A DNA stretch of 64,000 nt from Verrucomicrobiota bacterium (lineage in GTDB: Bacteria > Verrucomicrobiota > Verrucomicrobiia > Limisphaerales > AAA164-E04). The notes beneath the pieces were generated by a model. The model ran no database searches. It saw only the letters and a list, made by a program, of their open reading frames with translations, and had not been told where the DNA came from. Made by a program: the position numbers and the translations under genes. Below are positions 19,140 through 29,960 of the stretch, in pieces. Where the stretch lies: contig CP170459.1 of assembly GCA_047947115.1 (NCBI GenBank), positions 4,352,001 through 4,416,000 on the forward strand, written 5' to 3'. Each line of letters opens with the position of its first letter. The stretch's first letter is position 1.

Positions 19140-22013
19140 ATGCTGAAACATCCCGACTTATTTTCCGACCGTCACATTGGTCCCTCCGACCAGGAAATCG
19201 AAGCCATGTTGGCCGCCATCGGTCAAGCCGACCTGGAGACCATGACAACAGCCACCGTGCCAGAACCCATCCGGGTAAAGGAACCCATCCAGCTTCCTTC
19301 TCCCCTGCACGAGCACGAGGTCATCCACACCTTGAAAGAAGCTGCCGATCTCAACAAAGTGTTTCGATCCTACATCGGCATGGGCTATTACGGGTGCATT
19401 GTGCCTCCGGTCATCCAACGCAAACTGCTTGAGAACCCGGGTTGGTATACTCAATACACCCCTTATCAGGCCGAAATCGCCCAGGGCCGACTGGAATGTT
19501 TGTTTAATTTTCAAACGATGATCTGTGACCTCACCGGCATGGACATCGCGAATGCATCCTTGCTGGACGAAGGTACAGCTGCTGCGGAAGCCATGACCTT
19601 GGCATACAACACCAAGGGATCCGCAGAGCGAAACCTCATCCTGGTATCGGACGCATGTCATCCCCAGACGATCTCAGTCCTTCGCACGCGATCCAAGCCC
19701 TTGAACATCGAAGTGAGGGTGGAAGCATCGGCCAGTCTCACGCCCACAGACAAAACCTTTGCTGTTCTGCTGCAATATCCGGCAACGGACGGTCAGGTCA
19801 TCAGTCCCGAAGCACAGATCCAATCCATTCATGAAGCCGGCGCCCTGGCCATCGTCGCCACCGATCTGTTGGCAATGACCCTGCTGAAACCGCCTGGCGA
19901 AATGAACGCCGATATCGTGGTGGGATCGGCTCAGCGATTTGGAGTTCCCATGGGGTATGGAGGACCACACGCGGCCTTTTTTGCGACCCGCGACGCCCAC
20001 AAACGCAAGATGCCGGGACGCATCGTGGGGGTTTCCAGGGATTCAAGGGGGCGTCCGGCGTATCGACTTGCTCTCCAGACAAGGGAACAGCACATTCGAC
20101 GCGAAAAAGCCACCAGCAACATCTGCACCGCTCAAGCCTTGCTGGCCAACATGGCGGCGATGTATGCCATTTACCATGGACCCAAGCGATTGAAACAAAT
20201 CGCTCTCTATGTGCATCAAATGACCCAAAAGCTGGCCGCCGGCATTGCTCAGCAGGGACACACCATCGAACACACGCACTATTTCGACACCCTGCGTGTC
20301 CGCCTCTTGTCTGAAAATGCCGATTCGCTCCTGACTCGCGCCCAGCAGAGAGGGATCAACATCCGTCGTCTGGACCGTCAGACGGTTGGGATATCGCTGG
20401 ATGAAACGGTCACGACAAGAGACATCCAGGACCTGTGTGAATTGTTCGGAAGCGGTGTTGATACTGAAGAGGCCAAACAGGATCCAGGCGCAAATCCCGG
20501 AACAAGTGCAATTCAAGCAGATTTGCAACGCACTTCGGATTTTCTGACGCATGAAGTGTTCCATAAATATCATTCCGAGACGGAAATGCTCAGATATCTC
20601 CGTCGTCTCGAATCGAGGGACCTCTCGCTCACCACGTCCATGATCCCTCTCGGATCCTGCACGATGAAACTGAACGCCACCATCGAAATGCTGGCGATCA
20701 GCTGGCCCGAGATTGCCGGGTTGCACCCGTTTGTGCCACTGGATCAGGCTCAAGGTTATCAGCAGATTTTCAGCGATCTGGAACAATGGCTGGCCGATAT
20801 CACCGGATTCCACAGTGTCAGCCTGCAACCCAATGCCGGTGCACAAGGGGAATACGCCGGTTTGTTGGTGATTCGCAAATACCTCGAAAACAAAGGCGAA
20901 CAAAAGCGCAACATCTGCATCATCCCCCAATCCGCCCACGGAACCAATCCAGCCAGCGCCGTCATGGCGGGTATGGAGGTCGTTGGAGTGAAATGTGACG
21001 AACAGGGCAACATCGATGTGGCTGACTTGAAATCCAAGGTCGAACAACATTCCGAAAAACTGGCCGCGTTGATGATCACCTACCCCTCGACCCACGGCGT
21101 TTTCGAAGAAGGCGTCGAGGCGATCTGCCAATTGATCCACGATCACGGCGGTCAGGTTTATCTGGACGGAGCCAACATGAACGCGCAGGTCGGAATCTGT
21201 CGTCCTGGTGATTACGGAGCCGATGTTTGCCATCTCAATTTGCACAAAACTTTCTGCATTCCCCACGGAGGTGGCGGACCGGGTGTGGGCCCCATTGCCG
21301 TGGCTTCCCACCTGACGCCCTTTCTCCCCGGACATTCCGTCGTGCCGTTGGCCGGAGAAGACCGCATTGGACCGATTGCTGCAGCGCCATGGGGCAGCGC
21401 CAGCATCGTCACCATTTCCTGGGTTTACATCCGGGCCATGGGATCGGCCGGACTGAAAAAAGCCACTCAGGTCGCGATCCTGAACGCGAATTACATCGCC
21501 AGGCGATTGGATGCCTATTTCCCGGTGCTTTACAAGGGCAAGAATGGCATGGTAGCGCATGAGTGCATCATCGATCTGAGGCAATTTAAGAAGGTCACGG
21601 TGGAAGATGTTGCCAAGCGTTTGATGGATTATGGATTCCATGCCCCAACAGTCTCCTGGCCTGTGGCGGGAACGATGATGATCGAACCGACCGAAAGCGA
21701 ATCCCAGGCCGAACTGGATCGTTTCTGCGATGCCATGATCCGCATTCATGCTGAAATCCAGGCCATTGAAGAAGGGAAAGTCGACGCGAAAAACAATCTG
21801 CTCAAAAACGCGCCCCACACGGCCGACACCGTTGCATCGGACACCTGGGACCGGCCTTATTCACGCGTGGAAGCCGGATTCCCCATGGAGTCACAGCGCG
21901 AACATAAATTCTGGCCGCGCGTAGGACGCATTGACAACGTGTTTGGAGATCGCAACCCGGTCTGTTCCTGCGCCGGCATGGAAGAATTCATGGACCAACT
22001 TAAGTCTGAATGA
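19140..22013 (+). CDS. gcvP: Glycine dehydrogenase (decarboxylating), single-chain P protein
   Basis: [44 protein letters not shown] and [17 protein letters not shown] (PLP lysine). Start placed at the ATG of MLKHPD. Confidence 0.97.
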   Translation: MLKHPDLFSDRHIGPSDQEIEAMLAAIGQADLETMTTATVPEPIRVKEPIQLPSPLHEHEVIHTLKEAADLNKVFRSYIGMGYYGCIVPPVIQRKLLENPGWYTQYTPYQAEIAQGRLECLFNFQTMICDLTGMDIANASLLDEGTAAAEAMTLAYNTKGSAERNLILVSDACHPQTISVLRTRSKPLNIEVRVEASASLTPTDKTFAVLLQYPATDGQVISPEAQIQSIHEAGALAIVATDLLAMTLLKPPGEMNADIVVGSAQRFGVPMGYGGPHAAFFATRDAHKRKMPGRIVGVSRDSRGRPAYRLALQTREQHIRREKATSNICTAQALLANMAAMYAIYHGPKRLKQIALYVHQMTQKLAAGIAQQGHTIEHTHYFDTLRVRLLSENADSLLTRAQQRGINIRRLDRQTVGISLDETVTTRDIQDLCELFGSGVDTEEAKQDPGANPGTSAIQADLQRTSDFLTHEVFHKYHSETEMLRYLRRLESRDLSLTTSMIPLGSCTMKLNATIEMLAISWPEIAGLHPFVPLDQAQGYQQIFSDLEQWLADITGFHSVSLQPNAGAQGEYAGLLVIRKYLENKGEQKRNICIIPQSAHGTNPASAVMAGMEVVGVKCDEQGNIDVADLKSKVEQHSEKLAALMITYPSTHGVFEEGVEAICQLIHDHGGQVYLDGANMNAQVGICRPGDYGADVCHLNLHKTFCIPHGGGGPGVGPIAVASHLTPFLPGHSVVPLAGEDRIGPIAAAPWGSASIVTISWVYIRAMGSAGLKKATQVAILNANYIARRLDAYFPVLYKGKNGMVAHECIIDLRQFKKVTVEDVAKRLMDYGFHAPTVSWPVAGTMMIEPTESESQAELDRFCDAMIRIHAEIQAIEEGKVDAKNNLLKNAPHTADTVASDTWDRPYSRVEAGFPMESQREHKFWPRVGRIDNVFGDRNPVCSCAGMEEFMDQLKSE

Positions 22014-22058
22014 TTCTAGACAGAGGACTGTTTTTCACTAGGATCATGGGATCAACCC

Positions 22059-24902
22059 ATGATCCTAGGAAAAGGACAATTCGATTTTAAAATCAAAGGG
22101 GCCCGACTGGTTTCCAAACCATTGATTTTATCGGGCGCCCTTCTGGCTCTGCTCTACACAGGCAGGGCCGATGAGTCTTCTCTGAGCTTCAACAAGGATA
22201 TCCGCCCCATTCTGGCGGAACACTGCCTCCACTGCCACGGCCCCGATGGAAACAAGCGCAAGGGCGACCTGCGACTGGACCTTGAAGCCGAAGCAAAAAA
22301 GGAAGCCATACGTGAAGGAGACCCAAATCACAGCCCTTTTTACCTTCGCCTGATCACCGAAGATCTCGACGAGCGCATGCCTCCACCAGATGATGGAGAT
22401 GAGCTGTCCGCATCGAAACAAAGCACCTTAAAGCGTTGGATTGAACAAGGAGCCCCCTACGAGGGGCACTGGGCATTCATGCCCATTCAAAAGCCCGAAG
22501 CACCCGTATTGGACGATTCCAGTTTGACCGACATCGATCGTTTCATCGTATCCAAGCTGCAGAGAGCAGGATTGCAACTGTCCCCTTCCGTCGATCGACA
22601 ACAATGGATCCGACGTGTCACCTTCGACCTCACCGGACTTCCGCCCACTTGGTTGGAAGTGGAAAACTTCCTCAACGACTACTCCCTGGACGCCTACGAA
22701 AAAGTGGTGGAACGACTGCTGGACTCGCCAAGATACGGCGAACGCTGGGGACGGCATTGGTTGGATATAGCGCGATACGCCGACACACATGGAGGCAGTG
22801 CCATCGGTTTCACCAAATTCCCGTTTTCCTACACCTACCGCGATTATGTCATCCAGGCATTCAACGCAGACCTTCCTTACAATCGATTTATCACCGAACA
22901 ACTCGCGGCGGATCAACTGGGACTCACAGAGACCGATCCGGCACTCGCCGCCTTGGGGTTTCTCACCATCGGTCAACGGTTCAGAACCCAGCATGACATC
23001 ATCGATGATCAGATTGATGTGGTGACCCGGGGGCTGATGGGACTCACGGCCACCTGCTCCAGATGTCATGATCACAAATTCGACAACATTCCCACCACGG
23101 ACTACTACGCACTCTATGCCACCTTTGCGAGCAGCCACGAACCGGAATTGTTGCCACTGATCGGAGAGCCACAACCGTCCGAAGCCTATACGGATTACCA
23201 AAACAGACTCCACGACCTCCAGCAAACCCACGACGACCTCGCCCGAGAACAAAGCGACGTCATGCGGGGAAGACTTCGCATGCAAGTCGGGGCATTCCTG
23301 AAGGAACTGGCCAAAGGAACACCGGAACAGGATTTGTCGGTGTCTTTCCTTTCTTTTCGAACTGATGACATCCGGCCACACGTTTTGGAACGGTGGCGAA
23401 AATACCTCGCATCGATGGAATCCACGGATCCGGTGTTTGGACCATGGAAGCAATTGGCACAGGTGGAATCCGTGGAATTCTCCGAACAGCTCGCTTCCAA
23501 ACTCAAAATATGGGAGGAAGAGAACGGGGACCTCACCAAAGCCACCCCTCAACAAAACCTCGGAGCAACCGCGCCGAAATGGAATCCAAAGATCCTCGAA
23601 GCGATCAAAGAAAATGTGCCCGATTCGTTGGAATCACTCGCCGATGTCTATGGCAAGGTGTTTGCGAACACCCACCGGGAATGGTTGCAGGCCCGTGTTC
23701 AAGCAGCGGAAGAAGCCCTGCCCGGAGCGGATATCATCCCGGATCAGGATGCCCGTCACTTGACGATCAACAGCGCCATCCTGCGTCAACTCCGACGTCA
23801 CCTCTACGCACCCGACACCCCCACGGCGCTTCCCGACAACGAGGCATCCCAACTGCTGAACCGCACGGTCAGCGACAACCTTGGCGGCCGACGCGGCGCA
23901 ATCCACAACCTTCACCTCACCGCGGCAGGCTCCCCTCCCCGATCCATGGCCTTGACGGAGCCCAAACCTGAAGAGGATGAAACGTATCACGTCTTCCGTC
24001 GGGGAAATCCGTTGGACAAAGGAGATCGCGTACAGCCCCGATTTCTGACCGCCTTGAGTGATGGCAAACCGAAGACCTTCTCCCCCAGCACAAGACGCCT
24101 GAATCTGGCCGAATCGCTCGTTCATCCCGACAACCCGCTCACACGGCGCGTGGTGGTCAACTGGGTATGGAGAAATCATTTTGGCAAAGGATTGGTCCGG
24201 ACACCCGACGACTTCGGCACGCGCGGCGATCCACCCACTCATCCGGAACTACTGGATTACCTCGCGGAAACATTCAGAGAGGAAGGATGGTCCATCAAAC
24301 AACTGCACCGACGCATTGTTTTGAGCAAAACCTATCGCCAGGGTTCCATTGAAAATGAAACATCACGCAACAAAGATCCCCATAACCATCTCCTTTGGCG
24401 CATGCCGCGCCAGCGTTTGAGTCTGGAATCCATGCGCGACGCGATGCTGCAGGCATCCGGAGAACTTGATTTCACCATGGGCGGGCGTCCCTTCGACATG
24501 ATGACCGCCAGGATCACCCCGCGACGCAGCGTCTATGGCTTCGTCAATCGCGACGTGCCATCGCCATTGCTGACCACCTTTGACGGAGCCAACCCCAGCG
24601 CCTGCACTGCCAAAAGACCCGAAACAACCGTCCCACAACAAACGCTCTTCGCGCTGAACTCGGCATTCATGTTGGATCGTGCCGAGGCATTGGTTCAAAG
24701 GCACGAAGTGCAAACGGCAGAAACCAATGAGGACAAGATTCGCGTGTTGTATCAGCGAACCCTTTCACGGTGGCCGGATCCTGAAGAGATGCGGGCGGCA
24801 TTGGATCACATCGAGCAATGGAAAGAAATATCGGAAACCGATCCCTGGCCGCGTTTGGCGCAGGCATTGCTGGCATCAAACGAGTTCAACTTTGTGGATT
24901 AA
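22059..24902 (+). CDS. PSD1/planctomycete cytochrome c domain protein (DUF1549 + DUF1553)
   Basis: CLHCHG, RMPP, HWAF, YGERWGRHWLDIARYAD, CSRCHDHKFD and NPLTRRVVVNWVW motifs. Confidence 0.92.
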   Translation: MILGKGQFDFKIKGARLVSKPLILSGALLALLYTGRADESSLSFNKDIRPILAEHCLHCHGPDGNKRKGDLRLDLEAEAKKEAIREGDPNHSPFYLRLITEDLDERMPPPDDGDELSASKQSTLKRWIEQGAPYEGHWAFMPIQKPEAPVLDDSSLTDIDRFIVSKLQRAGLQLSPSVDRQQWIRRVTFDLTGLPPTWLEVENFLNDYSLDAYEKVVERLLDSPRYGERWGRHWLDIARYADTHGGSAIGFTKFPFSYTYRDYVIQAFNADLPYNRFITEQLAADQLGLTETDPALAALGFLTIGQRFRTQHDIIDDQIDVVTRGLMGLTATCSRCHDHKFDNIPTTDYYALYATFASSHEPELLPLIGEPQPSEAYTDYQNRLHDLQQTHDDLAREQSDVMRGRLRMQVGAFLKELAKGTPEQDLSVSFLSFRTDDIRPHVLERWRKYLASMESTDPVFGPWKQLAQVESVEFSEQLASKLKIWEEENGDLTKATPQQNLGATAPKWNPKILEAIKENVPDSLESLADVYGKVFANTHREWLQARVQAAEEALPGADIIPDQDARHLTINSAILRQLRRHLYAPDTPTALPDNEASQLLNRTVSDNLGGRRGAIHNLHLTAAGSPPRSMALTEPKPEEDETYHVFRRGNPLDKGDRVQPRFLTALSDGKPKTFSPSTRRLNLAESLVHPDNPLTRRVVVNWVWRNHFGKGLVRTPDDFGTRGDPPTHPELLDYLAETFREEGWSIKQLHRRIVLSKTYRQGSIENETSRNKDPHNHLLWRMPRQRLSLESMRDAMLQASGELDFTMGGRPFDMMTARITPRRSVYGFVNRDVPSPLLTTFDGANPSACTAKRPETTVPQQTLFALNSAFMLDRAEALVQRHEVQTAETNEDKIRVLYQRTLSRWPDPEEMRAALDHIEQWKEISETDPWPRLAQALLASNEFNFVD

Positions 24903-24908
24903 GAAATC

Positions 24909-26303
24909 ATGCACTCCACGCTACCATTTAACAGACGGGCGTTCCTGAAACGATCAGGAATGGGATTCGGCGCGCTTGCCCTGAACGGCATGCTCACCCG
25001 GGAAGCACAGGCCGCGACGAGAGGAACCACACACTTTCCCGGCAAGGCCAAGCACGTCATCCATGTTTTTCTGAACGGCGGGATGTCCCAGGTAGACACC
25101 TTTGATCCCAAACCGGAACTCACCAAACGCGGCGGACAAATGCTACCGTTCGACAACCTCCAGACCGAACGCCGCACAGGTGTGGCGCTCCCCTCGCCGT
25201 TCGAATTCAGGCAACATGGTCAGAGCGGCATTCCGGTCAGCGATCTGTTTCCGCACCTGTCCCAATGTGTCGATGACATGGCGGTGATCCGGTCCATGTA
25301 TGCCGAACTTCCCAGCCATGAACTTTCATTGATGCTCATGAACACCGGCACCCAACGCCTCGTGTGGCCTAGCTTTGGTTCCTGGTTGACCTGGGGCATG
25401 GGAACGGACAACGAAAACCTGCCGGGCTTCGTTGCACTCTGTCCTGGCGGCATGCCCGTGGGAGGCGCCGGCAATTGGCGCAGCGCCTTTCTACCGGGCG
25501 TCTATCAGGGCACCCACGTGGACAGTTCCAAAACCGATCCCAAGGAATTGATTGCAGACGTTCACAATGCTCGATTGAACCGCCTGGAACAAAAGAAGCA
25601 ATTCGAACTGCTCCAGACCATCAACCGACGCCATTTGAATCAACGTCCCGATGAAAGCGCGTTGGAAGCACGCATCGCATCTTTCGAACTCGCCTACCGC
25701 ATGCAGTTCGAAGCGACCGATGCCTTTGACGTCAGCAAAGAACCCGAACACATCCTGAAACTCTACGGAGAAGGACCGCAAAACCGCCAGCTCCTGATCG
25801 CGCGACGACTGGTGGAACGCGGAGTGCGGTTTGTTCAGACCTGGCACGGCAACATGCAACCCTGGGATAGTCATTCCAACATCAAGGAAACCCATCGCCA
25901 GGTCGCCAACGAATGCGATCAGGGCCTCGCCGCACTGATCATGGATTTGAAACAAAGAGGACTTCTCGATGAAACCCTCATTCTCTGCACCGGGGAATTC
26001 GGACGCACCCCATCTGTGGAAATGGACCAGGGAGGAGGCGGAGCGGCCCTGGGAAGGGATCACAATCACTGGGGATTTTCACTCTGGCTGGCCGGGGGCG
26101 GCATCAAAGGAGGCACGACCTATGGAGCCACGGATGAATTTGGTTTCAAAGCAGTGGAGAACCCGGTCTCCATCCACGACCTGCACGCCACCATGCTCCA
26201 TCTCCTGGGATTCGACCACGAACACCTCACTTACCGCTACGCCGGCCGCGACTTTCGGCTGACGGATGTCTTTGGACAGGTTATCTCGGATGTGATTGCA
26301 TAA
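24909..26303 (+). CDS. DUF1501 domain protein, Tat-exported
   Basis: NRRAFL Tat motif; GGMSQVDTFDPKP, ARRLVERGVRFVQ, WDSH, GEFGRTP and GRDHN. Confidence 0.92.
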   Translation: MHSTLPFNRRAFLKRSGMGFGALALNGMLTREAQAATRGTTHFPGKAKHVIHVFLNGGMSQVDTFDPKPELTKRGGQMLPFDNLQTERRTGVALPSPFEFRQHGQSGIPVSDLFPHLSQCVDDMAVIRSMYAELPSHELSLMLMNTGTQRLVWPSFGSWLTWGMGTDNENLPGFVALCPGGMPVGGAGNWRSAFLPGVYQGTHVDSSKTDPKELIADVHNARLNRLEQKKQFELLQTINRRHLNQRPDESALEARIASFELAYRMQFEATDAFDVSKEPEHILKLYGEGPQNRQLLIARRLVERGVRFVQTWHGNMQPWDSHSNIKETHRQVANECDQGLAALIMDLKQRGLLDETLILCTGEFGRTPSVEMDQGGGGAALGRDHNHWGFSLWLAGGGIKGGTTYGATDEFGFKAVENPVSIHDLHATMLHLLGFDHEHLTYRYAGRDFRLTDVFGQVISDVIA

Positions 26304-26334
26304 GAAACTCCGATTCGGTTTACCAGCAGATGAC

Positions 26335-26519
26335 GGGCGCATCGGGACGATACGTTCTACCTGAACGCCGTCCGCAGGTGGGAAGTGCCGTCCCCGGCGC
26401 GTCTCCTTGGGGCGTTCTTAACCAAAGCTGGTCTCCGTTTTGGGAAGCCCAAGGTAATCGCCCCCCCCACATCCGCATAGCTGTCGCTAGCGGGCGCATC
26501 GGGACGATACGGTCTACCT
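26335..26519. repeat. Cluster of GTAG-type REP-like palindromes
   Basis: GGGCGCATCGGGACGATACG(T/G)TCTACCT at 26335-26362 and 26492-26519, with a diverged inverted copy at 26376-26403. Confidence 0.75.
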
Positions 26520-26576
26520 TTTGGAAACCACTGCGGTTCTGTCACCGATTCATCGGAACATGCACGAATAACAATA

Positions 26577-26609
26577 AAGCCCCGAATCGACATGATCCGG
26601 GGCTCTTTT
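26577..26609. terminator. Hairpin terminator next to the acs stop codon
   Basis: AGCCCCG...CGGGGCT stem with flanking A/T tracts, between convergent genes. Confidence 0.6.
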
Positions 26610-26617
26610 CAAAGGGC

Positions 26618-28642
26618 TTATTCCTCGTCTTTGCTGAGTTGGGCAATGACACTGATGTCTTCCAGGGTGCTGGTATCGCCCTGGACTTCTGATTGTCCGG
26701 ATGCGATTTGTTTCAGCAGGCGGCGCATGATTTTGCCGGAACGCGTCTTGGGAAGAGCATCGGCGAAACGAATGTTATCGGGTTTGGCCACAGGACCGAT
26801 TTCTTTGCCCACATGGTTACGCAATTCATTGCGAAGGTCCTTGTTAACTTTAGCTCCCCCCTTCAAGGTCACAAATGCAACCAAAGCCTGCCCCTTGATT
26901 TCATCGGGACGTCCCACGACAGCTGCTTCCGCCACTTTGGGATGACTGACCAGCGCACTCTCGACTTCGGCTGTTCCGATACGATGACCGGATACATTCA
27001 AAACATCGTCAATGCGACCAACGATCCAGAAGTAGCCATCCTTGTCCTGACGGCATCCGTCCCCGGTGAAGTAACTACCTTTGACTTCGCTCCAATACGT
27101 TTCAACAAAGCGTTTCTGGTCACCCCAGATACCACGCAACATGCTGGGCCAGGGTTGGCGGACCACCAATTTGCCGCCTGTGTTCTTAGGCACGGCATTT
27201 CCGTTATCATCGACCACTTCGGGTTTGATACCGAAAAACGGCAAAGTCGCCGTTCCGGGTTTGGTCGGGGTGGCACCGGGCAAGGGAGTAATCATGATGC
27301 CACCTGTCTCCGTTTGCCACCAGGTATCGACGATGGGACAACGTTCACCCCCAATGACACGGTGATACCACATCCAGGCTTCCGGATTGATGGGTTCGCC
27401 CACCGTTCCCAACAAACGCAGGGAACTCAAATCATGCTTGGCGGGCCATTCCTCTCCCCATTTCATGAACGCGCGAATGGCAGTTGGGGCGGTATAAAGG
27501 ATCGAAACTTTATGTTTTTCAATAATATCCCAGAAGCGATCCGGAGCCGGATGATTGGGAGCGCCTTCATACATCATCAAAGTGGCACCATTGGCCAATG
27601 GACCGTAAACGATATAACTGTGCCCGGTGATCCAGCCAATATCGGCGGTGCACCAGTAAACATCCTTGTCCTTGAGATCGAAGACGTATTTGGAAGTCAG
27701 TTTCGCACCTAAAAGATATCCGGCGGTGGTGTGAAGGATGCCTTTGGGCTTTCCTGTGGAACCACTGGTATAAAGGATGAACAAGGGGTGTTCACTATCC
27801 AGCTTTGCAGGGGCGCAATCCGTGGAAGCGGTGGCTTGTTCTTCGTGCCACCAGAAATCACGTCCTTTTTTCATGGTCACCTTGTTTTCACAACGTCGAA
27901 GAACGATGACCGATTCGATGGATTTGGTGATGAAGCGCCCATTCACCTTGATCTTGAGGGCATTGTCGACGTTTTCCTTCAAAGGCACCACGCCACCACG
28001 ACGGTAACCGCCATCTGCGGTAATGACCATTTTGGCTTGGGAATCCTGGATGCGATCAGCAACCGACTGAGCGCTGAACCCGCCGAAAACGACCGAGTGA
28101 ATCGCCCCGATGCGTGTGCAGGCAAGCATGGCAACAGCTGCTTCCGGCACCATGGGCATATAAATCAGAATGACATCACCCTTTTTGATGCCACGATTCT
28201 TGAGGACATTGGCAAACTGACACACCTCCCGGTGCAACTGACGGTAAGTCAGCGTGCGTTCCTCACCTGGTTTACCAGGTTCGGCTGGCTCCCCTTCCCA
28301 GATGATGGCCGCCTGATTGGCCTTTTCAGAATCCAGGAATCGATCCACACAGTTCACGCTGACATTGGTCTGCCCGCCGACGAACCATTTTGCATTGGGG
28401 GCTTTCCATTGCAGCACCTTTTTCCATGGCTTGAACCACACCAATTCCTTCTCGGCCTGCTCGCTCCAGAAAGCTTCGGGTTGCTCGATGGAACGCTTGT
28501 ACATTTTCCTGTATTGCGCCATCGATCCGATGTGGGCCTGCTGGGAAAACTCCTTGGAAGGTTTAAAGACACGATCCTCGCGCAACATCGATTCGATGTT
28601 CGTCGCGCCGGCACGTTTACTGGTAGCTTTTTTCTTACTCAT
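26618..28642 (-). CDS. acs: Acetyl-CoA synthetase (AMP-forming)
   Basis: [43 protein letters not shown] and [12 protein letters not shown] motifs. Confidence 0.97.
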   Translation of the reverse strand: MSKKKATSKRAGATNIESMLREDRVFKPSKEFSQQAHIGSMAQYRKMYKRSIEQPEAFWSEQAEKELVWFKPWKKVLQWKAPNAKWFVGGQTNVSVNCVDRFLDSEKANQAAIIWEGEPAEPGKPGEERTLTYRQLHREVCQFANVLKNRGIKKGDVILIYMPMVPEAAVAMLACTRIGAIHSVVFGGFSAQSVADRIQDSQAKMVITADGGYRRGGVVPLKENVDNALKIKVNGRFITKSIESVIVLRRCENKVTMKKGRDFWWHEEQATASTDCAPAKLDSEHPLFILYTSGSTGKPKGILHTTAGYLLGAKLTSKYVFDLKDKDVYWCTADIGWITGHSYIVYGPLANGATLMMYEGAPNHPAPDRFWDIIEKHKVSILYTAPTAIRAFMKWGEEWPAKHDLSSLRLLGTVGEPINPEAWMWYHRVIGGERCPIVDTWWQTETGGIMITPLPGATPTKPGTATLPFFGIKPEVVDDNGNAVPKNTGGKLVVRQPWPSMLRGIWGDQKRFVETYWSEVKGSYFTGDGCRQDKDGYFWIVGRIDDVLNVSGHRIGTAEVESALVSHPKVAEAAVVGRPDEIKGQALVAFVTLKGGAKVNKDLRNELRNHVGKEIGPVAKPDNIRFADALPKTRSGKIMRRLLKQIASGQSEVQGDTSTLEDISVIAQLSKDEE

Positions 28643-28748
28643 GATGTTCAGATGGAAATCGTCCGCCCATCATAAAACCTGCGCCACAACCGTCAATCCT
28701 GAAGCCATCGAAGTTGCGATGAAGCACGGAACCGGAGCGCGATAGGCC

Positions 28749-29954
28749 TTATTCCTGTGGTTTCACTTTTTTAAGGTGCGGCGCTCGGATGGCGATCAGT
28801 ATGAAGGCTGCGATGGCCAGGATCATTCCGAAGCCGAAGATGGGTTGCAGAGAATTGTTCGCGGATGCCGACAGACGTCCGGCGATCCAGTTGGTCATCA
28901 TCGGGCCCACACCGGAACCAAACACCACCAAGAGGGTTTGGGCGGTGGCGCGAACGGATTGTCCGGCGATCATGTTGGCAAGGATGCTGAGGGTGATGTG
29001 AAAAAAAACGATGACCATTCCTGCCAACAAATAACTCAAAGCAAGCACCCAGGGATTGGTTGAGAGGTAGTAGAGAAGATGCCGCAGGATCAGACTACCG
29101 CAACCGATCAGGAGAGCGGATACAAATCCCCAGCGCCGGATATAGGTGCGTAAGAAGGGAAACAAGGCCACTTCCAGCGCCACTCCAATGCATTGAATCG
29201 GCCCGATCCAGGCGACCGGCACGCCATTGGCCTTGAGATAGGGTGGACCGTAATAAACCACAAATGAAAAGGAGCCTGACAACAGAAAAAACGCTCCCAA
29301 CAGGGTCATGTAATCCTTGTTCTTAAAAAGCTTTCGGACATCTTCCCAATAGTCTGAATGCGGAGTTGTCCCGGTAGATTTCGCAGGTTGTGTAATGGGC
29401 GGCAGGAAGAGCGTACTGACGGCGGTCAGCAGTGCGGAAGCCATGCCAAGATACAATACAAAATGCAGCGAAGTTCCGGCATGGGTGAGCAACCAGCCGA
29501 AGATCACTCCGGAAGGAATCATCCATCCCAGCGATCCCCAGGCACGCAAGAATCCAAACTGCTCCTGTGGATTGTTCAGATAATGAAAACTCAGTGCATT
29601 GATCAGGGTAAACGTCGGATGATAGAAAGAATAGAACATCAGAAACCCCAACAGGAGTCCGATAAACTGGTTTTGCGATTGCAACCAAAACAAGGCCGCA
29701 CACGCCATGATGTTCAGAAAGGTGAACACTTTTTGGATCGGAACATACCGGTCGGCAATCATCCCCCAGAGAAACGGAAACACCAGGTAAGTGGAGGAGG
29801 AGATGGAAAAAATGGTTCCGATGGAGGCAAAGGAGAGACCACTTTCCTCCAGCCACATCGCCATGAATGGCAGCACGGAGCCTCCCACCGCAAACTGTAG
29901 CGTCATTACCACGAACAATGATCGGGGAACGTCTTTCCAATGGTGATCACTCAT
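28749..29954 (-). CDS. MFS transporter (nucleoside:H+ symporter / MFS_1-like)
   Basis: About 12 hydrophobic segments; WGMIADRY and FGFLRAWGSLGW motifs. Confidence 0.85.
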   Translation of the reverse strand: MSDHHWKDVPRSLFVVMTLQFAVGGSVLPFMAMWLEESGLSFASIGTIFSISSSTYLVFPFLWGMIADRYVPIQKVFTFLNIMACAALFWLQSQNQFIGLLLGFLMFYSFYHPTFTLINALSFHYLNNPQEQFGFLRAWGSLGWMIPSGVIFGWLLTHAGTSLHFVLYLGMASALLTAVSTLFLPPITQPAKSTGTTPHSDYWEDVRKLFKNKDYMTLLGAFFLLSGSFSFVVYYGPPYLKANGVPVAWIGPIQCIGVALEVALFPFLRTYIRRWGFVSALLIGCGSLILRHLLYYLSTNPWVLALSYLLAGMVIVFFHITLSILANMIAGQSVRATAQTLLVVFGSGVGPMMTNWIAGRLSASANNSLQPIFGFGMILAIAAFILIAIRAPHLKKVKPQE

Positions 29955-29960
29955 GGTCAG

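Noticed and set aside
20043..21818. 591-aa antisense ORF opposite gcvP, and similar long shadow ORFs opposite ilvD, acs, the PSD1 genes and the peptidase
   Set aside because: They mirror well-conserved genes, show no motifs, and are expected from codon bias in GC-rich DNA.
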